Positions 39,396 through 52,322 of a stretch of 64,000 nucleotides of DNA are shown here, one piece after another. The stretch covers positions 200,693-264,692 of the forward strand of contig CAWHCF010000044.1 of NCBI GenBank assembly GCA_963827655.1, in the 5' to 3' direction. Every line of letters starts with the position of its first letter. Positions within the stretch are counted from its first letter, which is position 1. Origin of the DNA: an uncultured Acidobacteriota bacterium. GTDB taxonomy: Bacteria; Acidobacteriota; UBA6911. The notes under the pieces were generated by a model. It did not search any database. It saw only the letters and a list, made by a program, of their open reading frames with translations, and was not told where the DNA came from. Made by a program: the position numbers and the translations under genes.

Positions 39396-41444
39396 ATGCC
39401 CTCCAACAGAATCCGTGAATTTGCGGCGCTCCTGTTGCTTCTGCTCGTGGAATCGTGGCTCTTCTCCCAGTCTTTCGACAAATTCTTCAATCTCGATAGC
39501 CTGTTCTACCTTATCCACTACCCGCGCTCCTTCGACGACTTGATCCGCGCCTTCAGCGCGCCCGATCCTGCGCTTCAGTTTCGGCCCGTCTCGCTTGCGA
39601 TCATGGGATTGCTGGTTCCCATTCTGGGACATGACCCCGGTCCGCACCACTGGGTCCCCTTGATTCTTCATCTGCTCAATACACTTCTTTTCTATCGCTT
39701 CGCGCGGCGCCTCATGCCCGGCTGGACCAGCGCCTATGCGGCTGCCGCGTTCTGGGGAGTGCACTCAGTCGCCGGATGGATTACTTACGACATCACCTGC
39801 ATTTCCGATCTGCTTCTGGCTGGTTTCGTACTCGCTTCCCTGATTCTCGCAGTAGACGGTCGAACAAGGAATTCGCGACTCCGTGTGGCCGGCTCGCTGG
39901 TACTTTTTGTCTGCGCGCTCCTGACTAAAGAAGCGGCCACGACCTTTCCCCTTGCGCTTCTGCTGAGTCTCATCCTTGTCGACCTGAGCAGCGCTGGAGA
40001 ATCATTATCGGTGACCGCAGTCTGGAAATCATTCCGCAAGGCTCTTCCGCTCACCAGTGTGTATCTGGTCCTCGCCCTGGTCCACGCCGGGCTTCTCATA
40101 CACTGGCTCCGGACCGGGCTGCTGTACGCTCAGGGAGGGAGCGCTGCCTACGATATCAACCCCTGGGCTAATCTGGCGGCGAAGACGAAGTACCTGTACT
40201 GGGCCCTGAACCTGCCCGATGCCCTGCATGTCGCTCGGGCGAATTCGGTTCGCATTCTGGTGATGATCCTGATAGGAACCGTGCTCCTGCTCTGGCTGCT
40301 GGATGTGATGGCGCGCAGAGGCAAGCTCGCGCCGGTAGAGTGGGCCGGCTTGATCTGGCTGGTCGGGCTCAACCTTCCAGCACTCATGCTTTCGGGCCGG
40401 TTAGCGAAGTGGTACCTCTACGTCCCGCTCCTCGGCCTCGCCCTGGCATTTGGAAGCCTGGCGGCGCGGATGCAGGCACGGCTTTCGCGCTTCGGCGCTA
40501 CCGTGGCAAGCACCGCGACGATGTCGGTCCTGCTATTTCCCTTCCTTTTTTCATCGATGGTCCAGACACGCAGCTACCTGGTTTCGTCCGATGCGGCGTA
40601 TACCTCCGGAATTGTCGAGAGTTGTATACGAGGCTTTCAGGAAGCTAACCCTGCGCTCCCCCGCGCCGTCACGCTATTTTGGCTCCCGTTTCCGACGTTC
40701 GAGAAAAACGTCGCGGATCTGCTAAAGGCTCCACCCGTCGGCGAAGGCCAGTTGTTCGAGCTCTTCTACCCCGGGACCGAAGTGCAGATGTTGTTCGCTG
40801 ACAAGGGAGATCGACTGCCGGAGGTGTATTCCAGACCCGCGGACGTCAGGATTCTTCAATACATGCTGGGCCACCTCAATGACGTTACTGAATACTACAA
40901 GGGGAGGCGCTGCGATAGTTCTTCACGACGGGTGATCAGCCGGCTGGAGGATGTCAAAGCCAGTGTCAGCCGCGATGAATTCTATCCTTCGTACGACAGC
41001 TTCCTCACTCCCGGAGGAACTCCGGTCTTCTACTTGACCCCGGAGAGAGATGTCGTGACCCAGATCGGCGGATCCACGGTGGTCGTTCCCCTCCCCGCCA
41101 TTGAATCAGGAACAACCTTGCGCTCAGATGTTTCATGGATGTTCGACGGCGGAGATGGCGGATGGGCGGAGTTGAGCGTCCAGGCGCCAGGAAGAAAGTC
41201 GGTGCTCTTCCGCGAATATCTGAATCCCAATCGCCGGAGCGGCGCGCTGCGCTGGAAGGAACTCAATCTGGATCTAGGACCTTTCGCCGGACACACGGCC
41301 GAACTGGTTCTCAGATGTTACAACGACCCCGGGAAAACTACGGTGGCCGATTGGTTGAGCTGGCGCGACATCGTGCTGGACTACCGGGAGAATGCAGTCA
41401 CCCTTGCGCCGCCGGCCGCGCTTCCAGCTAGTTGCAACCCGTGA
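39396..41444 (+). CDS. GT-C fold (PMT/ArnT-like) membrane glycosyltransferase with C-terminal beta-sandwich domain
   Basis: Many TM helices; LD in the first loop, FRP, LHLLN, H...W, KE motifs; likely start MPSNR at 39396. Confidence 0.65.
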   Translation: MPSNRIREFAALLLLLLVESWLFSQSFDKFFNLDSLFYLIHYPRSFDDLIRAFSAPDPALQFRPVSLAIMGLLVPILGHDPGPHHWVPLILHLLNTLLFYRFARRLMPGWTSAYAAAAFWGVHSVAGWITYDITCISDLLLAGFVLASLILAVDGRTRNSRLRVAGSLVLFVCALLTKEAATTFPLALLLSLILVDLSSAGESLSVTAVWKSFRKALPLTSVYLVLALVHAGLLIHWLRTGLLYAQGGSAAYDINPWANLAAKTKYLYWALNLPDALHVARANSVRILVMILIGTVLLLWLLDVMARRGKLAPVEWAGLIWLVGLNLPALMLSGRLAKWYLYVPLLGLALAFGSLAARMQARLSRFGATVASTATMSVLLFPFLFSSMVQTRSYLVSSDAAYTSGIVESCIRGFQEANPALPRAVTLFWLPFPTFEKNVADLLKAPPVGEGQLFELFYPGTEVQMLFADKGDRLPEVYSRPADVRILQYMLGHLNDVTEYYKGRRCDSSSRRVISRLEDVKASVSRDEFYPSYDSFLTPGGTPVFYLTPERDVVTQIGGSTVVVPLPAIESGTTLRSDVSWMFDGGDGGWAELSVQAPGRKSVLFREYLNPNRRSGALRWKELNLDLGPFAGHTAELVLRCYNDPGKTTVADWLSWRDIVLDYRENAVTLAPPAALPASCNP

Positions 41445-41518
41445 AACGGCGCATTGAGCCCGACTTGCGTCCGCCGGTAAATCCTTGCTGCCGTAATCTT
41501 CCGCCCGGGTCCAACGGG

Positions 41519-41527
41519 TGCTATAAC
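41519..41527 (+). promoter_or_regulatory. Putative extended -10 promoter of polA
   Basis: TGcTATAAC 14 nt upstream of the ATG. Confidence 0.45.
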
Positions 41528-41541
41528 TACTCCGAATCGCT

Positions 41542-44409
41542 ATGTCATCTGCAGAGAAGTCTCAATCTCGCAAGCTGCTGATTCTGGATGGGCACTCGCT
41601 TGCCTTTCGCGCTTTCTACGCTCTGCCCGAAGACCTTCAGACCTCGGATGGGACTCGAACCAACGCCGTCTTCGGCTTCACCTCGATGCTGATCAAGCTG
41701 CTACAGGAGCAGAATCCCGATTACATCGCTTGTTGCTTCGACCTCGGCCGGCTCCTTGAGCGAACCGAGCTATTCGCCGGCTATAAGGCAAATCGGACCG
41801 CGGCTCCGGAAGCATTTTCGTCCCAGCTCCCCCTGATACGTGAGGTGCTCCGCGTGCTGCGCATTCCCATTTACGAACTCGCCGGTCACGAAGCCGACGA
41901 CATCATATCCTTTCTCGCCAAACGCGCCGCAAGCGAGGGGGTCGAGGTGCGAATTGTCACCGGCGACCGCGACTTCTTTCAGCTCGTGGACGATAGCATC
42001 AAGGTTCTCTACAACCGGCGCGGCATCACCGATATCATCCAGATGGACGCCCGTGCCGTGGAAGAGCGCTACGGTGTGCCTCCCTCGAAGTATGTTGACT
42101 TGAAAGCCCTGGAGGGAGACTCCTCGGATAACCTTCCGGGTGTTCCCGGAGTTGGAACGAAAACCGCGGCCAAGCTGATTCTGAAATATGGCAGCGCCGA
42201 GGAGGTAGTCGCGCACGCCTCAGAGCAAACTCCCAAGCTGGCTCAAAGCCTGGCGGCTAGTGCCGAACAAGTCTCCATCAACAAACAGCTATCCACACTC
42301 ATCGAGGTGCCGCTCAACGATGTCGGGTTGGATGATTTGAAGATGGGAATGTGGGACTTGAACGAAGTACGGGAGCTGTTCACGTCGTTCGAGTTCAAGA
42401 GTCTCCTCGAACGGCTGGTAACGGAACTGCCCGATGCCGCCAAGGGCGGAGGCAAGCCTTTCGAGTTGCGCACGCGCGTCTTTCATACGTTGAGCGACCT
42501 CGAGGCGCTGGCACAAGAGCTTCGCGTCTCCGGCGGTTTTGCGATTGACCTCGTTTCGGCTTTGCCGGGAAGCGCGCCGCGCAGCCTTGCGTTTTCCTGG
42601 GGAGCCGGCGAGGTCGCCTTTGTGCCGGTGGGCGGCCCGGGATTAACCGAATTCCAGGTAGCCGACGTTCTGCGCCCGTTGCTTGCGGACTCGTCCTTGC
42701 CCAAGGTCGTACATGGCGGGCGCGGTGTAGTGCTGGGACTTTCTGCCATCGGAGTGGAACTGGCGGGCTTGAAACTCGACACGCGGGTCGGCGCATATTT
42801 GCTCGACCCTGGCGCAGCCGGATACCATCTGGCAGAGGTCGCCCTCAAGTATTCAGGAAGAGAGCTCAAGGCCGCTGGTCCGCCGAGCGACGGCTCAAGC
42901 CCGCAAGGCACCCTCGCCTTCCAAACGACGGACGGGACCCGGAACTCTGAGACCGAAGATGACGGCGACGATTCCAGCGTGCAGGGCACCCTCACCTTCG
43001 ACGTTGCGGACCGGCAACTGAACTCCGACGCCGAAGATGACGGCGACGATTCCGGCGGGCAAGGCACCCTCGCCTCAGCCCCAGGGGAGGAGCCAGGACA
43101 TTCCGAGGCCGAAGACGCCTGTTTGCGAGCGCTCGCCGTCGCCGAAGCCGCGCCGAAAATGGAACAGGAGCTGGAGCGCCTCGGCATGGCAAACCTGTAT
43201 CGCGCGATCGAGCAGCCGCTGATACCGGTTCTGGCGCGCATGGAACGAGTCGGTGTCAAAATCGATCTCGACTATCTTTCCGCCATGGCGCGTGACATCG
43301 ACCAACGACTCGCGCAGCTCGAGACCGACTGCTACGAACTTGCCGGGGAACGCCTGAACCTGGGCTCGCCGACTCAGCTGCGAGTTCTGCTTTACGAGAG
43401 ACTCGGGCTGAAGACCAGACGCCGCACCAAGACCGGCATGTCCACCGACGCGCGCGCCCTGCAGCAGCTGGTCGATCAGCATCCTTTCGTCGCCAAGTTG
43501 CTCGAGCATCGCGAGCTGGCGAAGCTCAAGAACACTTATATCGATGCCCTGCCGCCCCTGGTCGATCCGCGCGAGGGGCGACTGCATACCACCTACGACC
43601 AGACTGTTGCGGCGACCGGCCGGCTGTCGAGCGTCAATCCCAACTTGATGAACATTCCGATACGGACAGAGCTCGGCAAGCAGATTCGGCGAGCCTTCAT
43701 TCCCGAACCGGCCCACTTGTTCGTATCCGCGGACTACTCTCAGATCGAACTGCGCATCATGGCGCATCTCTCCGAGGACCCGATTCTTCTGGAGATATTC
43801 CGCAAGAATGAAGACGTCCACAGCGCCACGGCTTCCCGCGTCTTCCGGGTCGATCCGAAGGAGCTGAGCACCAAGCACCGTTCGGTCGCCAAGATGGTGA
43901 ACTACGGCCTGGCCTACGGAATGGGCGCCCCGGGACTGGCCGAGCGTCTCAACGTCCCGTTTGCCGAGGCCAAAGAAATCATGGACGCTTACTTCGAGCA
44001 GTTTCGCGGCGTGCGAGAATTCCTCGATGCCATTGTTACTCAGGCCAAGGCGGACGGCTTCACCACCACGATGTTCGGCCGGCGACGCTATCTCCCCGAG
44101 CTCGGGAGCGGCAATCCGCGCGTGCGCGCCATCGGCGAACGGCAGGCCCTCAACGCCCCGATTCAGGGCACGGCAGCCGATATCATGAAGCTCGGGTTGA
44201 TCAACGTCGATCGCGCTTTGCGCGACCAGGGGCTCGGCACGCGCGTTATCCTCACGGTGCACGACGAGCTGGTCCTGGAGGTGCCTGAACGCGAGCGGGA
44301 GGTAGCGGCCCTGATAGTGGAACGTGAGATGACCGGCGCGGCGGACCTGAGAGTTCCGCTGATGGTGGATGTTTCCTTCGGGTCGAACTGGGCGGAAGCC
44401 AAGGGATAA
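41542..44409 (+). CDS. polA: DNA polymerase I
   Basis: 5'-3' exonuclease (LDGHSLAFRAFYAL, EADD, GD.SDNLPGVPGVG.KTA); motif A DYSQIELR, motif B K...YG..YG, motif C HDE. Confidence 0.97.
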   Translation: MSSAEKSQSRKLLILDGHSLAFRAFYALPEDLQTSDGTRTNAVFGFTSMLIKLLQEQNPDYIACCFDLGRLLERTELFAGYKANRTAAPEAFSSQLPLIREVLRVLRIPIYELAGHEADDIISFLAKRAASEGVEVRIVTGDRDFFQLVDDSIKVLYNRRGITDIIQMDARAVEERYGVPPSKYVDLKALEGDSSDNLPGVPGVGTKTAAKLILKYGSAEEVVAHASEQTPKLAQSLAASAEQVSINKQLSTLIEVPLNDVGLDDLKMGMWDLNEVRELFTSFEFKSLLERLVTELPDAAKGGGKPFELRTRVFHTLSDLEALAQELRVSGGFAIDLVSALPGSAPRSLAFSWGAGEVAFVPVGGPGLTEFQVADVLRPLLADSSLPKVVHGGRGVVLGLSAIGVELAGLKLDTRVGAYLLDPGAAGYHLAEVALKYSGRELKAAGPPSDGSSPQGTLAFQTTDGTRNSETEDDGDDSSVQGTLTFDVADRQLNSDAEDDGDDSGGQGTLASAPGEEPGHSEAEDACLRALAVAEAAPKMEQELERLGMANLYRAIEQPLIPVLARMERVGVKIDLDYLSAMARDIDQRLAQLETDCYELAGERLNLGSPTQLRVLLYERLGLKTRRRTKTGMSTDARALQQLVDQHPFVAKLLEHRELAKLKNTYIDALPPLVDPREGRLHTTYDQTVAATGRLSSVNPNLMNIPIRTELGKQIRRAFIPEPAHLFVSADYSQIELRIMAHLSEDPILLEIFRKNEDVHSATASRVFRVDPKELSTKHRSVAKMVNYGLAYGMGAPGLAERLNVPFAEAKEIMDAYFEQFRGVREFLDAIVTQAKADGFTTTMFGRRRYLPELGSGNPRVRAIGERQALNAPIQGTAADIMKLGLINVDRALRDQGLGTRVILTVHDELVLEVPEREREVAALIVEREMTGAADLRVPLMVDVSFGSNWAEAKG
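42889..43118 (+). repeat. In-frame 78-nt tandem repeat, about 3 copies, inside polA
   Basis: GACGGCGACGATTCC recurs at 42961 and 43039; QGTL(A/T)(F/S) occurs three times. Confidence 0.85.
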
Positions 44410-44491
44410 TCGGAATCCACTTGCCACACAAAGGATCGGGATCGCGAACCGCGCTGACATTGGGCCGGTTCAGGCGCCAGCCAATCTCAAA

Positions 44492-45613
44492 TCAATGAAC
44501 TAATCCTTCGATTTTATCCGCAACAAAATTGGCCTTTATGGTCTCCCCCTCTTTGCGAAGATGGCAGTGATCAAAGAAGTACTTCAGTGGAATCGTTTCA
44601 GGCGGGATTCGAATGAAAGGAACGTTGTGGCGCCTGGCCAATCGCTCCATAACGTCTACGTTTTTTTTCCAGCCGATAGCCACAGCGTCATAAAGACGTT
44701 TCCCGCCATCAAGGCCTGGCTCGACGGTTCTGAATATTTCCGGTTCGGCTAGATAAAACGGGAATAGTACAGGCGTGGCTTTATCCGCCAGGACCATTTT
44801 GATCAACGCATCTATGTTCCTCTCAAAGCCGACGGGCTCGTTCTTGGTCACATTCTCGATCGCCTTGGCGAGAGGCAACTGTTCGACAGAATGAGGTTGA
44901 GCGATAAAGCTGTCGATCCCCATATCGGAGCGCACTAGCCACCACCCATAGATAATCCGCATCAGACGCAGTCTTAGTAGATAACCTTCGCCGGCCCTAC
45001 GACCAAATGGCGGGGTCGTCCATCCCCGAAAGAAGCTGTAATCTGGACTGTATTCTTCGAAGAGTAGCGGTACCGAATCATTGCCTCCCTCGTGTATGAT
45101 GACAATGCTCGCTCCAAGATGCCGATCTCTATACAGGTAATGTGATAGCAGTTCAGAGCTCAATCCGAAGGGTAACCCCGCGTTAATCACTTCCACATGA
45201 AAGTCCAAGCGTTCACTCAGGATGGGGCCCAGTTGGGCTGGCCATGACGATTGGAATCTCTTGAGCAAATAGCCATACGTTGTCGATCCGCCAAGCGCCA
45301 GGATGCGTTTTGTTCCGGGCTGCGGCAGCGGAGTGATTTCGGGCCCCCGATGTCCATATGAGTTGTGCTGCCTGATTCCGTCGTCTTCCCAACCGGGTCG
45401 GTTCACATAGAGCATATACGGATGGCGCTGAATGCTTAGCACATCATCCAGTTGCACTTCGCCCAGGAGTAACTCAACGAATTTTCGACTTCTGGCTGTG
45501 GTCAGTCGGTCGTAGAAAGCTCTAGCACAGACTTCCAATACTGCGATAGAAAGAGCGCAACAGACTATGGAGGCGCTAAACCGTATTAGTAAACCGCGCA
45601 GGTTCCTGTCCAT
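44492..45613 (-). CDS. Membrane-anchored SGNH/GDSL hydrolase-like protein
   Basis: N-terminal TM (LEVCAR), NSYGHRG, LGGSTTYG, INAG, GGND, DHCH; start uncertain. Confidence 0.75.
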   Translation of the reverse strand: MDRNLRGLLIRFSASIVCCALSIAVLEVCARAFYDRLTTARSRKFVELLLGEVQLDDVLSIQRHPYMLYVNRPGWEDDGIRQHNSYGHRGPEITPLPQPGTKRILALGGSTTYGYLLKRFQSSWPAQLGPILSERLDFHVEVINAGLPFGLSSELLSHYLYRDRHLGASIVIIHEGGNDSVPLLFEEYSPDYSFFRGWTTPPFGRRAGEGYLLRLRLMRIIYGWWLVRSDMGIDSFIAQPHSVEQLPLAKAIENVTKNEPVGFERNIDALIKMVLADKATPVLFPFYLAEPEIFRTVEPGLDGGKRLYDAVAIGWKKNVDVMERLARRHNVPFIRIPPETIPLKYFFDHCHLRKEGETIKANFVADKIEGLVH

Positions 45614-46089
45614 TTTGAATGAACCGTGAAGCATGTCGACTCCAACTCTCACCCAATGAAAGTCGGGCCAAGGGTCAACAATGTTCGGTGCCGGTTTTTT
45701 CTCTTCGCGGCAAGCCGAGGTTCTTTCTTTGAGACGGGATAAGGATTGAACGCTGATAGAATGCAGGCCGACGGAAAGCAGACGGGATCTTGGCCAGAAG
45801 CCCCCGACAAGGTACCCGCGCAAGCGGTTAATTGCAAGACCTTTTTGAGGTGTCCCCCCTTTCTGCGGATAAAATAAACCCAGCCTGCCAGCAATACGCC
45901 TTTCCGATGGTGGCTCCTTTCCAGGAAGATCTCGCCTCCTCATGGACCTGGCCGCGCAGATTTCTGTCCGTTAAACCGATGTGGACAGCGATTGACGACC
46001 GATCAGGCAATCGCTTGGCGTATTCGTGTCTTGGCGGTAGTCTTTGTTCGGCGCTGCGAGGCCGCCGGGCGTCATGGACGAACAACTGA

Positions 46090-48156
<2,067 letters not shown>

Positions 48157-48220
48157 ATCAGCCGTCTCGTCCGGCGGCGGCCGCGAAACCCCGGATCCAA
48201 AACCCGCCGGCAGTCTGGCC

Positions 48221-48259
48221 TTGACCAGGGCGATCCCATAGATGTATATAGATGTACAT
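48221..48259 (+). promoter_or_regulatory. Putative vapBC promoter with repeated operator
   Basis: TTGACC...TATATA overlapping the direct repeat ATAGATGTA x2 at the antitoxin start. Confidence 0.45.
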
Positions 48260-48515
48260 GGGGAACAAGACACGCACTCAACTTTATCTCGAAATCCGCC
48301 AGCGGGCCGCGCTGGAACAACGCTCCCGGCTTACAGGAAAATCGGTAGGACAGCTGGTCCGCGACGCCGTCGATGAAGTCTATTTGAAAGACCAGCCGCT
48401 GGAGAAACCTATTTCAAAGAAGGATCCGTTGTGGAAGTTCGTCGCGGCAGGTAGCCCCAAAGAAACCGACATCTCCGCCCGGCACGACTATTACATCTAT
48501 GAACTCGGGAAATGA
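48252..48515 (+). CDS. vapB: Ribbon-helix-helix (CopG-like) antitoxin
   Basis: RTQLYL...L...S...LVRDAVD; C-terminal DISARHDYY; ATGA overlap with the PIN gene. Confidence 0.75.
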   Translation: MYMGNKTRTQLYLEIRQRAALEQRSRLTGKSVGQLVRDAVDEVYLKDQPLEKPISKKDPLWKFVAAGSPKETDISARHDYYIYELGK

Positions 48516-48913
48516 AACTTTTCGTGGACACCAGCGCCTGGTTCGCGCTCAATAGCTCGACCGACCAGAACCATGCCGCCGCGATTGAATTCATCAAGAC
48601 GTTTCAACGCCACGCCGTAATCTTGTACACGACCGATTATATCGTTGATGAAACAGTTACGTTGATTCGAGTCAAGGTATCCCACAAGCAGGCGATCAAC
48701 TTTCTGAACTCCGCTCTTCGCAGCAAGAACGTGATTCGATCACAGGTTTCGCGCGATCTCATTATGCGAGCGGAGCAGATCTTCCGTAAGGCTGACAAGC
48801 TCTGGAGCTATACCGATTGTGTCTCCTTTGCCTTCATGGACGCGCAAGGGCTCTCGGACGCGTTCGCCTTCGACCAGAACTTCTCACAATATGGGAAGTC
48901 TGTTCACCCTTGA
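48512..48913 (+). CDS. vapC: PIN-domain VapC toxin
   Basis: FVDTSAW, DE, SYTDCVSF, FDQNF. Confidence 0.9.
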   Translation: MKLFVDTSAWFALNSSTDQNHAAAIEFIKTFQRHAVILYTTDYIVDETVTLIRVKVSHKQAINFLNSALRSKNVIRSQVSRDLIMRAEQIFRKADKLWSYTDCVSFAFMDAQGLSDAFAFDQNFSQYGKSVHP

Positions 48914-49080
48914 TGCCTCCCCGCGAGTTTGCCGCAAGATTAAGTCAAATTTTTGTTTCGTCGGCTCACCACCTGGCCTGGAAGTATCTGGTTGGCTACT
49001 TCAATGACGTGCTCGGAATCGCTTGAAGGAACCATAACCGCACATACCGCAAACGCTCCAGGTCCGATAGGCGAAAGCAT

Positions 49081-49566
49081 ATGGCAATGCTTCTAGCCAA
49101 GGTCGTCATCTTCACAGTGCTAGTGCCCGGCACGATCGCTGTTGCGATACCATATTCTTTGCTCACCGAAGAACCCATGCCACACACCGGCCCCCTTGGG
49201 CTGCTGGGGTTGCTGCCGCTCACCCTTGGAGTGGCGTTCTATCTCTGGTGCGCGTGGGACTTCGCATCCGCCGGCCGGGGAACGCCGGCGCCGATCGACC
49301 CGCCCAGGATGCTGGTAGCCAGAGGCTTGTATCGGGTAGTCAGGAATCCCATGTATGTTGGCGTTCTCTTGATTCTGATTGGCGAAAGCATAATCTTTTC
49401 ATCCCTGGCCATCCTGCAATACGCGCTCTTCGTGTGGCTGATGTTCCACCTCTTTGTGGTCTTCTACGAGGAACCGACGCTGAGAAAGAAGTTCGGCGCC
49501 ACGTACGATGAATACCGCAAGAGCGTCTCCAGGTGGGTTCCTCACCGGCCGATTCCGGCTCGCTGA
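49081..49566 (+). CDS. Isoprenylcysteine carboxylmethyltransferase/PEMT family membrane protein
   Basis: GTPAP.DPP..LV..GLYR.VRNPMY, EE..L...FG..Y..Y...V.RW. Confidence 0.88.
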   Translation: MAMLLAKVVIFTVLVPGTIAVAIPYSLLTEEPMPHTGPLGLLGLLPLTLGVAFYLWCAWDFASAGRGTPAPIDPPRMLVARGLYRVVRNPMYVGVLLILIGESIIFSSLAILQYALFVWLMFHLFVVFYEEPTLRKKFGATYDEYRKSVSRWVPHRPIPAR

Positions 49567-52283
49567 TGCCCCCCGAAGCCGCTCTTGTTACGCCCTCTGA
49601 CCAGCACGAAAGCCATTCCGGCGAGAGTAAGCAGACTTACCACAAGTCCCCATTGAAAGGTCCCGGACCTGAATCGGACCTCGATAGCATGGGTACCCGC
49701 TTGCACCGGAATTGCTCGCAAGATGTAGTTCCCCCTTAGTAGAGGCGCCGGGCGGCTCGTCGACAACGGCTTCCCATCCCGGATAAAAGACCTCGCTGAG
49801 CACTACGAACGCGGGCCGGTCAAGCTCGGCATGCAATGTGAGGCTGTTCGGCAGGAAAGATGTGATGCTGACACGTCCTGCATGGCCGGCATTCAAAGCC
49901 GATCGCGCAATTCGAAGCGAATCGATGTTCGCGGAGCAATCCGGCGTTTTTATGAAGGATAACCGGTATTCAACCGCGTCCAGTCGTCCCAGGTCGACCG
50001 CGACCTGCTGTAGATCGCCGGTCGCCGGGTTCCCGACAAGGTCTGCAGCCACATCAACCTCGGACTCGGGCCCTTTCAGCCGAAGCTTGATCGGCGACGA
50101 AGCCGAGCCGGCCGCGTAGAAACTCACTACGGCAAAACAGGGCATCCCCGGAGTTCTTGGGCGGAACGAGATCTCCATCTCATCCCCCGCGCTCCATCCC
50201 CAGGGAGGCTGTAAGATAGTCAATTTGCGATATGCTTCTTCATCGGTCAGTCCTTCGGCCTTTTTTTCAGCGGCGGTGCGATGAGAAAGAATGTGAGCTT
50301 CGATCTCATCATCATCGTCAACGATCCCGCTCCGAAACGGAGCCAGTCGCTGAAGGTCGCCCTTCCTGAAGAGAACTGTTTCCCGGGTGGACATGGCCGG
50401 GCTTCGCTACCCAGCGCAGGATTTCCAGGTCGGATGCGAAGCTTCGATAGCTTGAAGCCAGGAAGGCTCTCGGGACTGCCCGTGGATTCCGGTAGATCGC
50501 TTCGGGACCCTCGAAGACCTTTTCCATCCATGGCACCGGGGTCCGGCTGACGAAGTAGCGCAGGCTCAGAAGGGCAGAGGCGTTTGAAGCGGGTCCCCAA
50601 TCGGTGCCGCGAAAATCGAGATACCGGACCAACCCGGTCGCCCCGTGTCCCATGGCAGATTCCAACCGCCAGGCGTCACCGAAATTGGGAGGGAAAATCT
50701 GCTCCGGATCCTCGACGCGAAAGTATTCCCGGTCGCGCTGCGACCTGAGGAACTCCGCTGCAGGAGGTATTCTCCAGTAACTCTGGATAGAAGGGTTCGG
50801 TTCCCCGCGCGGGCGGTTCTTGGTGCGAATGCCGGCCGAAACCTCGGACGCAAGATCTACTACCAGGACAATGATGATCAGATATCGAAATACAGCCGGC
50901 CTGACCCTTCCGGTGTGCAGAAGAAAGAGCAGGAAACCCAGGAGCGTGAGGTAGGCCGCCAGCCCGGCCAGGCCTCGGATATACCGATGGGACAAGGGAC
51001 AGGCTCGGGTTCGCCGCGATCAGGATTCCGCAGCTCACGACCAGGAAAGCCATGCCCCAGCCGGCGCGCCGGACAAAGATCCGGAAACTCCGGTCGGGCG
51101 ACGCCCGTGTAAGCTTCAACCAGGTAGTCGAGCCCCCAACCTACGAGCAGCGCGAGACACAGCTGAAAGGGAACCAGGTAATGAAATACCTCGCGGGCGA
51201 ACCAGACGCCCGGGATGAAAGTGTTGACCCACCCATGCAAAACCGAAAACTTCCCCCAGCTCAGGAAAAAATAGAGAAAGAGAGCGCCGCCGAAGAAGTA
51301 AGTTTCACTGTTTCGTACGAAGAGGAGCGCAACCAGAGCGAGAAAAACAACCGTGGCTCCGACATAAATATTGGCTCCGCTCCCGGCGTAAGGGAGCAGG
51401 AGCGAGATCGCATCTTCAGGCGTCAGGTTCCCTGTGTTCCCGAGCACCGAATATGGAATTCTCTCGCCCCACCGAATCGGGTCTCCTTCTCCGACCCACC
51501 GATAAACCTGGCGCGCCCACTCTATGGAAGGGAGCCACTGAACCGCCGTCAGACAGCGCCGCAACCAGCGCTACACCTCCCAGCGCCAGGAGAGGGACGA
51601 TCCGGGCACTCCACGGCGATTGCTTCCAATCTCGAAAAAGTGTGAAAAGCGCGTAGAAAAAGAGCAGCAGTCCTGCGTGCACCGGCGGCACATGGTGTCC
51701 GGCAAGAAAGGAAAGTCCGAGGCAGGCTCCGCACCACAGGCTCCAGCGCAGGCGAGCTCTGGACGTTTTCTCCAGAAGAGCCCGGCGGAAAAGCAACAAG
51801 ACCAGAGGCATCCAGATAAAGCCGCTCAGGATGTTTACAAATCCACTGAACCTGGATCGTGTATCCCCCGAGCGCAAACGCAACCCCGGATGCGGCGGCG
51901 CCCCAGGGGGTGATCGCGAAGGAGCGGGCCAGCAGATAAGTAAAACCGCCCGCCAGAAAATAGTTCAGTATCAAGAGCGCCTGGAGCCCTTCGAGATTGA
52001 TTCCGCCGCCACTCGCCGGAAGCAGCATGAAAAGCCAATTCAGGGGATAGAGGACGCCGGGCTGAAGTTCACCCAGGTTGGCCTTGCCCGAATAAACATA
52101 GGGATCCCAAAGTAGAAGACTCCCTTTCTTGAGCCAGTAAGCGGCAATGTTGAACCAGGGGAAGGTCTGGCTGCACATGTCCCCTCCGGTAAGAAGCGTG
52201 AATTCCGGATGGAAGAGAACCTTCCAGAAAGCAAGGAGCATTACAGCGGCCAGGAAAACAAGCGGACGAATCTTACGGAGCAC
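49542..52283 (-). CDS. YfhO-like GT-C membrane protein, paralog 1 (about 6 frameshifts)
   Basis: Seven overlapping ORF pieces are collinear with the intact paralog 58347..61067 (LWDPYVYSGK, FPPNFGD.WR, SEVFYPGW). Confidence 0.75.
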
Positions 52284-52322
52284 AAAACCTCACCGCGAAG
52301 ACGCAAAGACGCAAGGCCCGCG

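Noticed and set aside
42889-43118. Intein in PolA
   Set aside because: No Cys/Ser start or His-Asn end; it is a short tandem repeat
43075-44460. 461-aa ORF antisense to polA
   Set aside because: Shadow of the conserved polymerase domain
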